Source of the DNA: Acinetobacter sp.
GTDB taxonomy: Bacteria; Pseudomonadota; Gammaproteobacteria; Pseudomonadales; Moraxellaceae
NCBI GenBank assembly: GCA_036660195.1
Contig: JAVXBC010000002.1
Span: 654-64,653, forward strand
Reading direction: 5' to 3'
DNA: 64,000 bases
A program made the translations under genes and the position numbers. Below the pieces are notes generated by a model. The model was given only the letters and a program-made list of their open reading frames with translations, had not been told where the DNA came from and ran no database searches. Each line of letters begins with the position of its first letter. Position 1 is the stretch's first letter. Shown piece after piece: positions 44,609-55,874 of this stretch.

Positions 44609-45076
44609 TCAGGCATCCACTATATCTAAAAAATTTGCTTGTAATACCTTTGCCAAATCTTGTGGACATAAGCCAATATCCAGCCCCCTCTTACCACCAC
44701 TAACATATATTTTAGAAAGTGATTGCGCAGTTGCATCAATGACTGTTTTCAATCGTTTCTTCTGTCCAAGTGGACTAATTCCTCCGACCAAATAACCAGT
44801 TAAACGCTCTGCATCTTTAGGGTTCGCCATTTGTACTTTTTTACAGCCAAGAGCAGCCGCAACTTTTTTAAGATTAAGTTGATGACTCACAGGTAAAATC
44901 GCAACAAAATGATTTTTATCGTCAGTGACCAAAAGCGTTTTAAACACTTCTTCGACAGCTAAATTTAACTTTTCTGTAGCTTCTAAGCCAAAGTTTTTCA
45001 CATTTACATCATGTTCATAGGCATGAATGGAAAAGGATATTTTGTTTTTTTCTAATAACTTGCAAGCTGGTGTCAT
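44609..45076 (-). CDS. ybaK: Cys-tRNA(Pro) deacylase
   Basis: [32 protein letters not shown]. Confidence 0.95.
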   Translation of the reverse strand: MTPACKLLEKNKISFSIHAYEHDVNVKNFGLEATEKLNLAVEEVFKTLLVTDDKNHFVAILPVSHQLNLKKVAAALGCKKVQMANPKDAERLTGYLVGGISPLGQKKRLKTVIDATAQSLSKIYVSGGKRGLDIGLCPQDLAKVLQANFLDIVDA

Positions 45077-45241
45077 GGCTAATCTTTAAGAAATTGGTAG
45101 TTTAATACAATCAATAGTCTAGCATTTCCGAATTCTTCATGGCGGATTGAAAGATTTAAACCTGCGATATCGCTTGATAATCCTCACCACTCCCCTATAT
45201 CTTTAAAAGATATACAACGCATGCTATGGATAAAAATTCGA

Positions 45242-45547
45242 ATGAGCTATAAACATAATAATCTAATGGCAATGCGTCAAAGTTATTGGGAAGATGAGTC
45301 CACGGCGTCTGTACAAGCTGAAAAAGAATTTTTAAGACAGACTTTAATCGACGAAGCAATTTTTACAGAAGCAACCTTAGAAGATACGCAATATTTTTAC
45401 TTCACTTTACCCAGTCTTATCATTGTAAAAGCACATGCGCTCGGCTTTCATCATGCGCAAGTCAAACGCATGTTGATAAAGCATATTCATAGCAATCGTG
45501 CTGCATTGATACGTAAATCGAAGCTAAAAATCCTGTTTAGAATTTAA
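45242..45547 (+). CDS. Hypothetical protein
   Basis: About 101-aa ORF filling the intergenic space; no motif; start uncertain (45221 or 45242). Confidence 0.65.
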   Translation: MSYKHNNLMAMRQSYWEDESTASVQAEKEFLRQTLIDEAIFTEATLEDTQYFYFTLPSLIIVKAHALGFHHAQVKRMLIKHIHSNRAALIRKSKLKILFRI

Positions 45548-45720
45548 GCTCAGCGCAATAAAACTCGATCATTGAATGAATTGAATCGTGATGTAATACA
45601 CAAATTTAGACTGATAATTCAAACAATTGAACTTTTTTAATACGTGCAAACGCTGTAATATCCACTACAATTTAAGGCTGGGCTTTCTCCCTTTCGATGT
45701 CAGCATAGGATTTTTCTTTC

Positions 45721-47094
45721 ATGTCAGATCAGAACGATAAGCTTAAGCATCTAAAAACCTCATCTACAGATCGTCGCTTATCTATTGCCAAAGCGTCACT
45801 ACTCGCTGGCACACGTTGGGCAACTGCAAATGCTGCTTCAATGTTTTCCAATGAAGAAGAAAGAGAAAAAAAACGCAAGAAAGCCACCGCGGAACAAGCC
45901 CATTATTTAGTGTCTGAAATAGGAAAATTAAAAGGTTCAATTGTAAAAATTGGGCAAATGATGGCCTTATACGGCGAACATTTTTTACCCGAAGAAATTA
46001 CGCAAGCCCTGAACACTCTAAATAATCAAACTGTTGCTTTAGATTGGCCAGTCATCAAAGCCCATTTGCAAACCCAGCTCGGGAGCAAGTTGGATGATCT
46101 GACCATCGACCACGAACCAATTGGTACGGCTTCTTTAGCACAAGTCCATCGGGCAACGCGTAAATCGGACGGTTTGGAAATCGTTTTAAAAATCCAATAT
46201 CCAGGTGTTGCTGAAGCAATAGATTCAGATATGAATCTATTTAAAAATATGCTCAAACTCACCCGCATGGTTCCGCAAACGCGCGAATTTGACCAATGGT
46301 TCGATGAAGTGCGCGAAATGATGCACCGTGAAGTGAGCTACGACATTGAAGCTGCTACCACACGGCGTTTTGCAGCACGTTTAAAAGATGATCCGCGTTA
46401 TATCGTTCCTCACATTGTGGATGAATACTGCGCCGATAAAGTACTGTGTATGACCTTTGAACGTGGCGTTCCAGTGAATAGCCCTGTCATGCTGTCCCTA
46501 CCACAAGAACGACGCAATCAACTTGGTGAAGCCTCTATAGAAATTGCAGTACGTGAGTTGTTTGAATGGGGTGAAATGCAAACTGACCCAAATTTTGGTA
46601 ATTATTTGGTTCGTTTAGGCAATGGTAAAGAAATAAAAGACAAAATCGTTTTGCTCGACTTTGGCGCAATTCGCGGATTTGATGAAAATTTACTGAATGT
46701 CGCGCGTAATTTAATTCATGCCGGTTATGCACATGATAAAACTGCAATGGTTAATGCCATGACTGGTTTTGACTTTTTCGATGCGATGCCTGAAACAGTT
46801 AAACCGGGTATGGCAGATGTATTCCTCATAGCGACCGAAGCATTTAGTCATCCAAGTAATAATCCTGATATGCCGACAGGTGTGATGGATGATCAAGACC
46901 GTTACGACTGGAAAAAAAGCCAACTGCATAGTCGCGTGATGCAGCAAGCAGCGCAATCTATGGCTTCTCGTTATTTTTCAATTCCCCCCAAAGAATTTAT
47001 GTTTATTAGCCGAAAATTCATCGGGGCATATACTTTTATGACGGTGATTGAAGCCAAAACAAATGTTCGAAAAATGATTCATCAGTTTGCTTAG
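45721..47094 (+). CDS. ABC1/UbiB/COQ8 atypical kinase family protein
   Basis: KxGQ (KIGQ), ASLAQVHRA, KIQYPGV, QTDPNFGN, LLDFG. Confidence 0.93.
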   Translation: MSDQNDKLKHLKTSSTDRRLSIAKASLLAGTRWATANAASMFSNEEEREKKRKKATAEQAHYLVSEIGKLKGSIVKIGQMMALYGEHFLPEEITQALNTLNNQTVALDWPVIKAHLQTQLGSKLDDLTIDHEPIGTASLAQVHRATRKSDGLEIVLKIQYPGVAEAIDSDMNLFKNMLKLTRMVPQTREFDQWFDEVREMMHREVSYDIEAATTRRFAARLKDDPRYIVPHIVDEYCADKVLCMTFERGVPVNSPVMLSLPQERRNQLGEASIEIAVRELFEWGEMQTDPNFGNYLVRLGNGKEIKDKIVLLDFGAIRGFDENLLNVARNLIHAGYAHDKTAMVNAMTGFDFFDAMPETVKPGMADVFLIATEAFSHPSNNPDMPTGVMDDQDRYDWKKSQLHSRVMQQAAQSMASRYFSIPPKEFMFISRKFIGAYTFMTVIEAKTNVRKMIHQFA

Positions 47095-47112
47095 GCCAAA
47101 TTTATACATATG

Positions 47113-47152
47113 AATTGACCAATCTGTTTTGTCATTTTGGTCAATTTTTTTT
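47113..47152 (+). terminator. Probable terminator after the ABC1 kinase gene
   Basis: AATTGACCAA ... TTGGTCAATT followed by a T-run; large 14-nt loop. Confidence 0.55.
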
Positions 47153-47320
47153 ATTAAAATTTTAAAAAAAATTTATTAATTCATTTAAAAATAAACATTT
47201 AACGAAATTACAGATTTAATGATATGCAATAATTTTAACAAATAAACACGTCAAACAAGACATAGTTTTTCCATATCAGGCATGTCAGCATAAATTAACA
47301 ATCATCCCCAAGGATAAATC

Positions 47321-48616
47321 ATGTCGAATATGATGAATAAAGCTCAAGGTTTCGGGCTATCGTTGATCACAAAACTCGCAGGAAGCGAAATGTTAGATCA
47401 ATTAAAATTACGTAAATTTGTAGAAAAATCTTTATATCAAGGTTCAAAAACAGGGTTTAAAGTTTTAACTAAAACTCAAAAAGCACTCAAACCACAATCT
47501 ATTGATAAACAACGCTTACCGAGTCAGGGCAATAAAAACTTATTTGATCTGAGCTTGACTGAAGAACAGCAAATGACCAGTGACGCGATGTCACAGTTCG
47601 CGCAAGAAGTTTTATATACGCTTGCACATGACGCCGATCACAATGCGCAATTTCCCGCAGATCTATGGCAACATTTGACTGATTTAGGATTGAATTATTA
47701 CGCGCTACCTGAAGCTTTAGGTGGTGTGGCGGCAGAACAAAGTGTGGTCAGCAATGTGTTGATTGCAGAAAGTTTAGCCAAAGGCGATTTTAGTTTAACC
47801 GCTGGTTTACTCAGCACTTTTAGCGTCATCAATGCGATTACACGCTGGGGATCAACTGAAGTTCAATCGACCTATTTGAATAGCTTTGCTGAAGATACAG
47901 AACTAAAAGCCACCTTTGTATTTCAGGAAACAACGCCTGCTTTTAACCCTTTCCAACTCAAAACCAAAGCCACAGCAACTAATGGTCAATTCACCATTAC
48001 AGGTGAAAAATCTCTCGTGATTTTAGGTCAACATGCCGATTTATTTTTGGTGAGTGCTGAATTTAACGGTCAGCCCGACATTTTCGTGGTTCAATCCAAC
48101 GAAACTATTTCAATCAAAGCCAATCCTGCAATGGGTCTAAAAGCCACTGAAACTGTCAGTTTGCAATTTAACCAAACCCCTGCTGTGCCTTTGGGCGATG
48201 CTGATTTTGACTACAGTGCATTTGTCGATCTAGGCAACCTGATGTGGTGTGCGATGGCAATTGGTACTTGTGATGCTATCAAAACTTACTGTATCAAATA
48301 TGCCAACGAACGTACTGCCTTTGGTGAGCCAATCTCTCATCGTCAAAGTGTGGCATTCATGATTGCAGATATGGCAATTGAAATTGATGCAATGCGTATG
48401 TTGGTTTTAAATGCCGCAAGCCTTGCAGAAGCTGGTCAACCGTTCCATCGTGAAGCGTATCTTGCTCGTTTATTGTGCGCTGAAAAATCAATGAAAATTG
48501 GCACAGATGGCGTGCAAATCTTAGGTGGTCACGGCTTTACCAAAGAGCATCCTGTAGAACGTTGGTATCGTGATCTTCGCGCGACTGCAATTTTACATTC
48601 TGGCTTACATGCCTAA
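47321..48616 (+). CDS. Acyl-CoA dehydrogenase family protein (FadE24-like, probably non-catalytic subunit)
   Basis: R.AFGEPI, VQILGGHGF, VERWYRD; lacks the C-terminal (Y/F)EG catalytic Glu. Confidence 0.88.
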   Translation: MSNMMNKAQGFGLSLITKLAGSEMLDQLKLRKFVEKSLYQGSKTGFKVLTKTQKALKPQSIDKQRLPSQGNKNLFDLSLTEEQQMTSDAMSQFAQEVLYTLAHDADHNAQFPADLWQHLTDLGLNYYALPEALGGVAAEQSVVSNVLIAESLAKGDFSLTAGLLSTFSVINAITRWGSTEVQSTYLNSFAEDTELKATFVFQETTPAFNPFQLKTKATATNGQFTITGEKSLVILGQHADLFLVSAEFNGQPDIFVVQSNETISIKANPAMGLKATETVSLQFNQTPAVPLGDADFDYSAFVDLGNLMWCAMAIGTCDAIKTYCIKYANERTAFGEPISHRQSVAFMIADMAIEIDAMRMLVLNAASLAEAGQPFHREAYLARLLCAEKSMKIGTDGVQILGGHGFTKEHPVERWYRDLRATAILHSGLHA

Positions 48617-48640
48617 TTGACGACCTGAGGATATAAAACC

Positions 48641-49846
48641 ATGAACTTACAAAATCCTAAAAAATTCAAAATGCTGGTCGATCAAGCGCATGAAGTGGCA
48701 TTGAATGTATTACGCCCTGTCTCTCGTAAATATGACAAAGCAGAACATGCTTATCCAAAAGAATTGGACATGTTGGCATCTTTGGTCGATGGCATGAACG
48801 AAGGCGGCGAAGGTATGAATGCTGGCGCTGCAGGTGCAGGCAATCGCAGCGAGAGTGACAATGAAGGTAATCGTAATGGTACCAATATGTCGACTGCGCT
48901 GAGTATCATCGAAATGTGCTATGGCGATACAGGTTTATTGCTGTCTATGCCACGTCAAGGTTTAGGTAACTCGGCAATTGCTGCGGTTGCCAATGACGAA
49001 CAACTTGAACGCTTCAAAGGCACTTGGGCGGCAATGGCAATTACTGAATCAGGTTGTGGTTCAGACTCAGCCGCGATTCGTACCACAGCGACCAAAGACG
49101 GCGATGATTATATTCTGAATGGCGAGAAGATTTTCGTTACATCAGGCGAACGTGCTGACTCTGTTGTGGTTTGGGCAACACTTGATAAAAAATTAGGTCG
49201 AGCTGCAATTAAATCATTCGTTGTACCGAAAGGCACAGCAGGCATGAAAGTAGAGCGTTTAGAGCATAAATTAGGCATCAAAGCCTCTGATACTGCCGTG
49301 ATTAGCTTTATTGATTGTCGCGTTCCTGCTGCCAATTTATTGGGGAATGCTGAAGTTGACGTTGCCAAAGGTTTTGCAGGCGTCATGGAAACTTTTGACA
49401 ATACCCGCCCATTGGTTGCTGCTATGGCGATTGGTTGCGCTAAAGCATCGTTAGAGCGCATCAAAGAGATTTTTAAAGATCAATTGGATGCGGACTACAA
49501 ATCGCCTTATCTACAAACGTCGAATTTGGCTGCACAAATTTATCGTATGGAAGCTGAATGGGAAGCTGCACGTTTATTGACCTTAAAAGCAACATGGATG
49601 GCGGACAATAAAAAGCCGAACTCCAAAGAAGCGTCGATTGCCAAAGCCAAAGCTGGACGTGTCGGTAATGACATTACTCTAAAATGTGTGGAGTTAGCTG
49701 CAAGCGTCGGTTATGGCGAAGATGAACTCTTGGAAAAATGGGCACGTGATTCAAAAATTCTTGATATTTTTGAAGGTACGCAGCAGATTCAGCAGTTGAT
49801 TATTGCCCGTCGTGAATTGGGGAAATCTTCAAGTGAGTTGAAATAG
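48641..49846 (+). CDS. Acyl-CoA dehydrogenase (FadE23-like)
   Basis: AITE..GSD, NGEKIFVT, KLGIKASDT, DIFEGTQQIQ catalytic Glu. Confidence 0.92.
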   Translation: MNLQNPKKFKMLVDQAHEVALNVLRPVSRKYDKAEHAYPKELDMLASLVDGMNEGGEGMNAGAAGAGNRSESDNEGNRNGTNMSTALSIIEMCYGDTGLLLSMPRQGLGNSAIAAVANDEQLERFKGTWAAMAITESGCGSDSAAIRTTATKDGDDYILNGEKIFVTSGERADSVVVWATLDKKLGRAAIKSFVVPKGTAGMKVERLEHKLGIKASDTAVISFIDCRVPAANLLGNAEVDVAKGFAGVMETFDNTRPLVAAMAIGCAKASLERIKEIFKDQLDADYKSPYLQTSNLAAQIYRMEAEWEAARLLTLKATWMADNKKPNSKEASIAKAKAGRVGNDITLKCVELAASVGYGEDELLEKWARDSKILDIFEGTQQIQQLIIARRELGKSSSELK

Positions 49847-49869
49847 GTTTCCTCTTTTAATCCGTAATT

Positions 49870-49898
49870 AAAAAGGACGTTTGAAGAACGTCCTTTTT
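49870..49898. terminator. Bidirectional terminator between convergent acyl-CoA dehydrogenase and gor
   Basis: AAAAAGGACGTT-tgaag-AACGTCCTTTTT. Confidence 0.88.
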
Positions 49899-49915
49899 AT
49901 ACATGGATAATCGCT

Positions 49916-51271
49916 CTATCTCATCGTCACAAATTCTTCTGCCGAAGTGGGGTGAATCGCAACGGTATCATCAAAGTCTTTCTTGGTTGCGCCCATTTTT
50001 AAAGCTACGGCAAAACCCTGTAAAATTTCATCCATGCCAAAACCAATGCCATGAATCCCGACAATTTTTTCTTCTTTGCCTACACACACCAGTTTCATTT
50101 TTGTCGGTTGTCGATGTTGTGTCACAGCACTAAACATTGAGGTAAAGGATGAACTATACGTCTTCACTGCGTCTTTGCCGTATTTTTCGATGGCTTCTTG
50201 TTCAGTTAAACCAACTGTTCCAATCGGCGGATGGCTAAAAACTACGGTTGGAATATTGTCATAATCCAAATATTCATTGGGTTTGTTATTAAATAACCGT
50301 TCGGCTAAACGTCGTCCAGCGGCGACTGCAACAGGAGTCAGTTCGACTTTTCCTGTGATGTCACCAACGGCATAAATACCAGATTGTGAGGTATTTTGAT
50401 ATTGATCCACTTGAATATAACCGCGTTTATCCAATTGGATGTTGGCATTATTAAGCTGTAATGGTGAGGTATTTGGTTCTCGTCCCGTTGCCCAAATAAG
50501 ACAATCGAATTGATGCGTTGCACCATTTTCTAAATGTAGCACTACCGAAGCATCTGCATTTTTAGTGACTTTTTTAGGTGTTGCTTGCGTATGTACGACT
50601 ATGCCATCAGCTTGCATCTGTTCTAATAAGGTTTCACTGATAAACGACTCAAAACGACGTACGGGCAAATCTTTACGGATAAAAAGTTCAACTTTTGAAC
50701 CTAATGCATTGAGAACGCCAGCCAATTCAACCGCGATATAACCTGATCCGATGACAGCGGTAGTTTTTGGTAATGCCTCTAATTCAAAGAAACCATTTGA
50801 GTCAATACCATGTTCACCTCCTTCTATATCAGGTACTGATGGCTGTGTTCCTGTGGCAATTAAAATATGATCCGCTGTGATGCGTTCACCGTTTACTTCA
50901 ATGGTCTTTTGATCTATGAAATGAGCCGTGCCTTGAATCAGATCAACTTGATTTTTACTTAGGCTATTTTGATAGGATTGATGAATTCTTTCGATATAAG
51001 CCTGCCGATTCTTAATCAGTGTTTCCCAATCAAATGATTCAACTTTGCTGTTAAAGCCATAATCAGGCGCATATTTTTGAATGGTCTCTGCTACGTGCGC
51101 TGCATACCACATGACTTTTTTCGGCACGCAGCCTACATTGACACAAGTTCCACCAATTTCCGATTTTTCGATTAAAGCACATTTCTTCCCGTACATTGCA
51201 GCACGATTAACCGATGCAATCCCGCCACTGCCACCACCAATCGCAATATAGTCATAATGTTTGGTCATCAT
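49916..51271 (-). CDS. gor: Glutathione-disulfide reductase
   Basis: [35 protein letters not shown]. Confidence 0.97.
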   Translation of the reverse strand: MMTKHYDYIAIGGGSGGIASVNRAAMYGKKCALIEKSEIGGTCVNVGCVPKKVMWYAAHVAETIQKYAPDYGFNSKVESFDWETLIKNRQAYIERIHQSYQNSLSKNQVDLIQGTAHFIDQKTIEVNGERITADHILIATGTQPSVPDIEGGEHGIDSNGFFELEALPKTTAVIGSGYIAVELAGVLNALGSKVELFIRKDLPVRRFESFISETLLEQMQADGIVVHTQATPKKVTKNADASVVLHLENGATHQFDCLIWATGREPNTSPLQLNNANIQLDKRGYIQVDQYQNTSQSGIYAVGDITGKVELTPVAVAAGRRLAERLFNNKPNEYLDYDNIPTVVFSHPPIGTVGLTEQEAIEKYGKDAVKTYSSSFTSMFSAVTQHRQPTKMKLVCVGKEEKIVGIHGIGFGMDEILQGFAVALKMGATKKDFDDTVAIHPTSAEEFVTMR

Positions 51272-51358
51272 TCGCCCATAAATTTTATGTATTAAAGATA
51301 GATATAACGCAAGATTATAATTTTTTGTTTATTTTTAATGCTTTTAATACAAGACAAT

Positions 51359-51390
51359 AAAAACACTCACCATTGCTGATGAGTGTTTTT
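51359..51390 (-). terminator. Terminator after uppP
   Basis: AAAAACACTCA ... TGAGTGTTTTT inverted repeat with A/T tails. Confidence 0.75.
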
Positions 51391-51397
51391 TTCACTT

Positions 51398-52198
51398 TTA
51401 ATGGAATATAAACAATAAAATAATGCCCAGTACAATCCGATACCATGCGAACACGCGTAAAGTATGCTTTTCTACAAACTTAACCAACGCACTGACTACC
51501 AATAAAGCTGAAATAAATGCTGCCACAAAACCAACCGCAATATTCAACATATTGTCTTGGGTCAATACATCTGCATTGCGAATAAGATCAAATGTTGCCG
51601 CACCTAACATGGTTGGCATTGCCAAGAAAAAAGAAAATTCTGTTGCAGCTTTACGTGATAATCCAGAAAACATACCACCTACAATGGTTGCCCCAGACCG
51701 TGACGTGCCTGGAATCATCGCCACACATTGCGCACAGCCGACTAGAAAAGCTTGTTTATAGCTAATTTGGGTGGCTTCCGTGGTTTTGTGTTCGAATTGT
51801 TTTGCTTCCACCCAAAAAATGACTAAGCCGCCCACAATTAACGCTACTGCGACGACTAAAGGACTAAACAACACACTTTTAATAAAATCGACGGCTAATA
51901 TGCCAATAATTACCGCTGGGAAAAAAGCAATTAAAACACTAATGGTAAAGTGGCGTGCTTCAGCATCACCGCTGAATAACCCTTTAATTAAACCAATAAT
52001 CTTTTGTCGATATAGCCAACAGACCGCCAAAATTGCACCAAGTTGAATAACAACTTCAAACACACGACCATCATCTGACTTAAAATCAATCAAATGACCG
52101 AAAAGAATTAGATGCCCTGTACTTGAAATGGGTAAAAACTCAGTCAGCCCCTCAATAAAGCCTAAAAATAATGCTTTAAAAATTTCAATATGTTCCAT
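51398..52198 (-). CDS. uppP: Undecaprenyl-diphosphate phosphatase
   Basis: [29 protein letters not shown]. Confidence 0.97.
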   Translation of the reverse strand: MEHIEIFKALFLGFIEGLTEFLPISSTGHLILFGHLIDFKSDDGRVFEVVIQLGAILAVCWLYRQKIIGLIKGLFSGDAEARHFTISVLIAFFPAVIIGILAVDFIKSVLFSPLVVAVALIVGGLVIFWVEAKQFEHKTTEATQISYKQAFLVGCAQCVAMIPGTSRSGATIVGGMFSGLSRKAATEFSFFLAMPTMLGAATFDLIRNADVLTQDNMLNIAVGFVAAFISALLVVSALVKFVEKHTLRVFAWYRIVLGIILLFIFH

Positions 52199-52317
52199 AA
52201 CTTACTCAAAAAAAACAGCGAAATAGAAGATCAAAAAAGCAAGCTTAACCTGAATTATTGTTGTTTGATATGACTGTCACGTAACCATTTAATGAAAATT
52301 ATTTCCATGAAATTGTA

Positions 52318-54204
52318 TTAATTAATCATCGTGCTATTTTTCTTTTGCATTTGCGTCACCACCTCTTGTGATTCAAAGCCAAAACGCCAATACAACAATT
52401 CCAAAACATCCAATTCATCTTGGGTAATAATGCGATCACTCCATAAACAGCGTTCAGCAATGGTCAAAATATTGAGGCGATCACGCAATAACAACCCTGA
52501 AATATCATTTAAAATTTCAGCTAAATCGAAGGGTTCATCTGAAATATCCGCATAGATGTACAATTCCTCTATCGTCAGAAATTTTTCCAGAAAACGTTCA
52601 CGAACATCAAGTTGATTGGGACTGTTCATTTGCTGCACATGAAGTAAGGCATCGATCAGATGTACAATTTGTGATTTCACATCTTCAAATGAAGTCGGTA
52701 AATGCGCTGGCATCAGATTTAACTCATATTTGACAGTTTCAAGCAGCAAGGCATCGAGTAATCCAACTTCACCATCTTCTTGAATAATACAAGCCAATTT
52801 AGTTAAAAACTGACGTGCAATGCTGTTTGGCATATGACCAATATTACGGCATGCATCATGGAAAATTTGCACATGAATTCGCCCATCTAAATTCAACAAT
52901 GAATCCACAATGGCATGGCTGACTGGTGCATCTTGAGGAATAAATTCACGATGCTGACGAATCATTAAAATTGCAACCATTATTTCACGAGAGCCCGTTG
53001 CGGTTTGCATCGCTCTTTGAATCAGTTCAGGGCGATTTTTATTTTTTCGAATGTCGGAATTTAAAGGCTTGATAGCATCATTTAAGACAAAGCTAATCGG
53101 TGATAATCGTAATAATGGCAAAGGTTGCGGAGAACTCCACACCATCGCAACATCACCTGACTCTTCTAATGTGCTGAAAAAACCAAACCACGGACGGCTA
53201 CGAAGTTTTCTTAAATTTTCTAATTGTAGATCTTGCAACAAAGTCGGATCAAGTTCGAATATACGAGCTTTAATACTTGGATGAATATTCATCCAACTTT
53301 GTGGACTTAGCGAGTTAGCAAAACACATATGAGAAATTGATTCAGAATATGCGCTATGAATTTGCGAACCTGAATGATGCACATAAATACGCAATAAAGT
53401 TTGGATATTGGTATCATTTTTCATTAATTGCTGAGTTTTGAGGTCATTGTGAAAAGTTCGGCTACTTAAGGTCAAATATTTAATAGCTCGTGTAATCAAA
53501 GTTCCAAGACTTCCAGTCAGCCAAATAACCCCACCAATTGCAATGAAAAAAGTTTCAAATTTGTTCCTATAAGAACTCGCCTGTGGATTATAACCAACCT
53601 GAGCCAACTTACTGCCCAGTTGACTAAACATGGTTAAGCCACTATATAAAATTTTTAGTTTAGTATTTTCAACCGCTTCGCCCGATAAAATTTGATTGAA
53701 CTCATAACTCAGCAGTCCATACAGTTCCATTTCATCTAAATTCTGTAATGCGCCCCAAGTTAAAATAATCACCATATCTTGCGAGGAAAAACCTGCGGTT
53801 AAAGCATTTACGCCGACTTCGTCAGGTAATATATAGATGGCTGGCGTTTCGAGCTTAAAACTCTGTGCAACTTGTTCAACGACTTTTAAAGCAATAATTT
53901 CTTCTGGTGTGCTTTCATCTAAAACCAGACGTCTTGCTTTTAACTGTTTCGCAAGTGAATGCCCACCATTGCGTAAAATATAAAGTTCGGCACTCACTGA
54001 CCAAATAAAAATAAAGACTAATAAGCCGACAAAATAAGGACTCAGCGTATGCCACCAAATCGGCTGGGCATAATCAAAGAAATGAACCACTAAACCTAAA
54101 ATTAAATTAAGAATAAAAATCGTCAGCAATATCGCGAGGCAACAAAAGCTTATTGACCATGCAATATTTTTATTTTCAATTAAATAATGGCTAATTTCTT
54201 TCAA
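52318..54204 (-). CDS. M48/HtpX-like membrane protein with degenerate Zn-binding motif
   Basis: GG..A..L.A, P..YIL..E.GVNA..AG, T.GAL..L..EL.G, HP.I..RI layout of long M48 proteins, but YEFNQ replaces HExxH; TTG start. Confidence 0.75.
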   Translation of the reverse strand: MKEISHYLIENKNIAWSISFCCLAILLTIFILNLILGLVVHFFDYAQPIWWHTLSPYFVGLLVFIFIWSVSAELYILRNGGHSLAKQLKARRLVLDESTPEEIIALKVVEQVAQSFKLETPAIYILPDEVGVNALTAGFSSQDMVIILTWGALQNLDEMELYGLLSYEFNQILSGEAVENTKLKILYSGLTMFSQLGSKLAQVGYNPQASSYRNKFETFFIAIGGVIWLTGSLGTLITRAIKYLTLSSRTFHNDLKTQQLMKNDTNIQTLLRIYVHHSGSQIHSAYSESISHMCFANSLSPQSWMNIHPSIKARIFELDPTLLQDLQLENLRKLRSRPWFGFFSTLEESGDVAMVWSSPQPLPLLRLSPISFVLNDAIKPLNSDIRKNKNRPELIQRAMQTATGSREIMVAILMIRQHREFIPQDAPVSHAIVDSLLNLDGRIHVQIFHDACRNIGHMPNSIARQFLTKLACIIQEDGEVGLLDALLLETVKYELNLMPAHLPTSFEDVKSQIVHLIDALLHVQQMNSPNQLDVRERFLEKFLTIEELYIYADISDEPFDLAEILNDISGLLLRDRLNILTIAERCLWSDRIITQDELDVLELLYWRFGFESQEVVTQMQKKNSTMIN

Positions 54205-54266
54205 TGTAAATGATCCTTATTACATTGTTTCTGTATGGGAACTTAGATATGCACTTATCATAAAAT

Positions 54267-54291
54267 AAAAAAGCGGGAAATTCCCGCTTTT
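54267..54291 (-). terminator. Terminator after purF
   Basis: AAAAGCGGGAA-a-TTCCCGCTTTT with an A-run giving a U-tract on the minus strand. Confidence 0.85.
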
Positions 54292-54307
54292 CTAAAATTG
54301 AGTGAAA

Positions 54308-55846
54308 TTACTCTTCTCGAATTCCAGTTAAATCAACAGATGCGGCATCAATATTGACATCAATATAACCATCAGCCTGTTTCTTAGCTGTATCGTTACG
54401 TGTTTTCTCAAGATTATCTAAATACGCTTGATCAATGCCACCCGCAACATAGACGCCATCGAACACAGAACAATCGAACTCGCGTAACTCTGGCACTTTA
54501 CTGGTACGAACTGCATTTTTCAAATCTTCCAAATCTTGGAAAATAAGACGATCTGCACCAATAATTTCTCGAATTTCCTCAACAGAACGACCCGAAGCAA
54601 TTAACTCTGTTTTAGCTGGCATATCAATACCATACACGTTTGGATATTTCACCATTGGTGCAGCAGAAGCAAAGAAAACTTTTTTCGCACCTGCATCTCG
54701 TGCCATTTGAATAATTTCGTTACAGGTCGTTCCTCGTACAATCGAGTCATCAACCAATAAAACATTCTTATCTTTGAACTCAAGTTCGACTGGGTTTAAC
54801 TTTTGGCGAACCGATTTTTTTCGCTGTTGCTGACCAGGCATAATAAACGTGCGTCCGATATAACGGTTTTTCATAAAACCTTCTCGGAATTTCACGCCGA
54901 GTATATTTGCCAATTCGAGCGCAGAAGTACGACTGGTATCTGGAATTGGAATAACGACATCAATATCGTGCTCTGCACTCCATTCTTTAAGAATTTTATT
55001 TGCCAATTTCTCGCCCATTTTTAAGCGAGCTTTATAGACTGAAATGCCATCAATGGTCGCATCTGGACGTGCAAAGTAAACATATTCAAAAATACATGGG
55101 CGATATTCTGGATTTACCGCACATTGTTTTGCAAATAATTCACCGTCGGAATTAATAAAGATCGCTTCACCAGGTGCAATATCACGTTCGATTTTGAAAC
55201 CTAATGCGGTAATTGCAACTGACTCAGAAGCAATAATATATTCAATGCCCTGTGCTGTTTCTCGTGAACCATAAACCAATGGACGGATACCATTTGGGTC
55301 GCGGAAGCCAACTAAACCATGCCCTGTAATCATAGCAACTACGCCATACGCGCCTTTACAACGCTCATGTACGCGAGACACGGTATGGAAAATATCTTCA
55401 GCTTGTGGGTTTAAAGTCCCACTTTTTTGTAATTCATGCGCGAACACATTCAGTAAAACTTCTGTGTCTGAATCTGTGTTCATATGACGTAAGTCAGTTT
55501 TGAACAAATCTTCATGAATTTCAACTGCATTAGTCAAATTGCCGTTATGCGCAAGGGTAATCCCATAAGGCGAGTTCACATAAAACGGTTGCGCTTCGGC
55601 ACTGCTTGATGAGCCTGCGGTTGGATAACGCACATGACCAATACCGTAGTTTCCAAGTAAAGCACGCATATGGCGAGTATGAAATACATCCCGCACCATG
55701 CCATTGTCTTTACGAAGAAATAAACGCCCTTGATGGCAAGTCACTATGCCTGCTGCATCTTGTCCCCGATGTTGTAACATGGTCAAGGCATCAAACAACA
55801 TTTGGTTCACTGGTGATTTACCGGCGATTCCAACAACTCCACACAT
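54308..55846 (-). CDS. purF: Amidophosphoribosyltransferase
   Basis: N-terminal [33 protein letters not shown]. Confidence 0.99.
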   Translation of the reverse strand: MCGVVGIAGKSPVNQMLFDALTMLQHRGQDAAGIVTCHQGRLFLRKDNGMVRDVFHTRHMRALLGNYGIGHVRYPTAGSSSSAEAQPFYVNSPYGITLAHNGNLTNAVEIHEDLFKTDLRHMNTDSDTEVLLNVFAHELQKSGTLNPQAEDIFHTVSRVHERCKGAYGVVAMITGHGLVGFRDPNGIRPLVYGSRETAQGIEYIIASESVAITALGFKIERDIAPGEAIFINSDGELFAKQCAVNPEYRPCIFEYVYFARPDATIDGISVYKARLKMGEKLANKILKEWSAEHDIDVVIPIPDTSRTSALELANILGVKFREGFMKNRYIGRTFIMPGQQQRKKSVRQKLNPVELEFKDKNVLLVDDSIVRGTTCNEIIQMARDAGAKKVFFASAAPMVKYPNVYGIDMPAKTELIASGRSVEEIREIIGADRLIFQDLEDLKNAVRTSKVPELREFDCSVFDGVYVAGGIDQAYLDNLEKTRNDTAKKQADGYIDVNIDAASVDLTGIREE

Positions 55847-55874
55847 AACGACCTCGCGACAAGCTAGCAGTTAA

